Source of the DNA: Thalassolituus hydrocarboniclasticus
GTDB lineage: Bacteria > Pseudomonadota > Gammaproteobacteria > Pseudomonadales > Oceanobacteraceae
Assembly: GCF_025345565.1 (NCBI RefSeq)
Contig: NZ_CP054475.1
Location: forward strand, 1,300,448 to 1,332,447
Reading direction: 5' to 3'
DNA length: 32,000 nucleotides
Shown: one piece after another, positions 30,904 to 32,000 of the stretch
How the letters are laid out: each line of letters starts with the position of its first letter
Position numbering within the stretch: the first letter of the stretch is position 1
Program-made: the position numbers and the translations under genes
The notes under the pieces: model-generated
Database searches by the model: none
Seen by the model: the letters and a program-made list of their open reading frames with translations, nothing else
What the model was told of the DNA's origin: nothing

Positions 30904-31003
30904 TGCAGAGCCTCAGGATATTTCCGCAAATTGTTTGCCCGTATATAACGCGATATAACCGGACAGAATGATTGAACGAGTGGCAGGGGAAGGGCACAGA
31001 TTC

Positions 31004-32000
31004 ATGCTGAGCACATTGTACAAAAAGTATCTTTCAACCTTCCGGGATCACCCGCTGGCGACTGCAATTCAGTGGGAACGACACAATCTGTTCATGAGTG
31101 AAGTCGGTTCAAGGATGGTTACTTCGGTGATCGGTGCTGGCCTCGTCGGGTTGATGTTCTATTCATCAGCCCCCTTCACGGCGTTAGCAATATGGTTCGT
31201 TGCCATTGCTTTTGTCGCACTCAATTCCTGGCTGATTATCCGCCATCATTACCGTCATCCGGTACAGAATCAGTCGCAGGAAAACATTGGTTATGTCCGC
31301 CGCTGGCACTGGCTGAATCTGTATCTGGCGGTGATCTGGGGGATTTTATGGGGGCTGACCCCCTTTCTGTTTTTTCCGGAGGCATCGCAGGTTCAGATAT
31401 TATCAGTGCTGATGTTGGTGGTTGTACTGGTCTCGACGCCTTCGGTCACCATGGGCTGTTATCCGGATATTTATATTACGTTTCTGACACCGGTATTCTT
31501 CAGTTTTGGCTGGCATTTACTGGACGTCGATTTTGGCGGTGAATGGCTGCCGGTAATTATCGCGCCTTTTACCTGGATATCGCTGGTGGTGTTCAGTGTG
31601 ATGATTCACCGCACCCATATGGAGGCCATTATTCTGCGCCTCGAACACCGCGACTCCGAAAAACTGGCGCAGCGGCGTAATCAGGCAAAAACACGCTTTA
31701 TTGCGGTGGCCAGTCATGATCTGCGCCAGCCGGTACAGGCTGCAAGGTTGTATGCTGAGGCAATGCAGGGAAATGAGCAGCTGCGCAACGATGATACGAT
31801 CAATAAATTAACCGCCAGCCTGCATTCTGCCAGCCAGATGCTGGACAGACTTCTGGATATTTCCCGCATTGATGCCGGTGTGGTTAAGGTCGAGAAAAAG
31901 CGCCAGCGGCTGGATGATACCCTGAATCGTATAGCGGCAATCCATGCGATCCATGCGCAGGAAAAGTCACTACGTTTTTCTCTGGAAAGTCAGCCGCTGT
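31004..32000 (+). CDS. Sensor histidine kinase, membrane-bound, 3'-truncated by the window (probably hybrid)
   Basis: Open frame from ATG 31004 (MLSTLYKKYLSTFRDHPLATAIQWERHNLFMSEV...) through H-box FIAVASHDLRQPVQAARLYAEAM to the window end. Missing from the ORF track because no stop is reached. Confidence 0.85.
   Translation, partial: MLSTLYKKYLSTFRDHPLATAIQWERHNLFMSEVGSRMVTSVIGAGLVGLMFYSSAPFTALAIWFVAIAFVALNSWLIIRHHYRHPVQNQSQENIGYVRRWHWLNLYLAVIWGILWGLTPFLFFPEASQVQILSVLMLVVVLVSTPSVTMGCYPDIYITFLTPVFFSFGWHLLDVDFGGEWLPVIIAPFTWISLVVFSVMIHRTHMEAIILRLEHRDSEKLAQRRNQAKTRFIAVASHDLRQPVQAARLYAEAMQGNEQLRNDDTINKLTASLHSASQMLDRLLDISRIDAGVVKVEKKRQRLDDTLNRIAAIHAIHAQEKSLRFSLESQPL

Noticed and set aside
31192-31717. 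ORFs 31192-31542 (+) and 31517-31717 (-)
   Set aside because: Out-of-frame or antisense within the histidine kinase frame that starts at 31004 and runs off the window.

Overview
This looks like a gammaproteobacterial chromosomal segment (Pseudomonadales/Oceanospirillales-like; taxonomy is inferred). Main blocks: (1) an alkyl/aryl-sulfatase next to a short dispersed-type repeat cluster; (2) a zinc-starvation locus with a MacB/FtsX-type ABC permease and ATPase, a TonB receptor, a His-rich lipoprotein, a divergent DUF3299-type protein and a convergent G3E/COG0523 GTPase, with two near-palindromic Zur-like boxes; (3) PAP2, methyltransferase, GNAT and HhH genes; (4) an AT-rich island at about 13.1-15.4 kb that reads as a minus-oriented integron gene-cassette remnant. 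It has one complete 105-bp attC site, a 537-aa membrane-anchored TPR protein whose stop codon lies in the attC core, an unannotated 47-aa ORF, and partial sites at both edges, and no integrase is visible; (5) katG; (6) yacL-rnt-pyrC-motY-argG, with a sigma-28-like promoter before motY; (7) FUSC, CWC, solute-binding, SLATT, amidase and TSUP genes, a Ser/Gly-rich lipoprotein, and a truncated sensor histidine kinase at the right edge. The cassette-like island is the best candidate for something undescribed. All calls come from reading the sequence; no database search was run.
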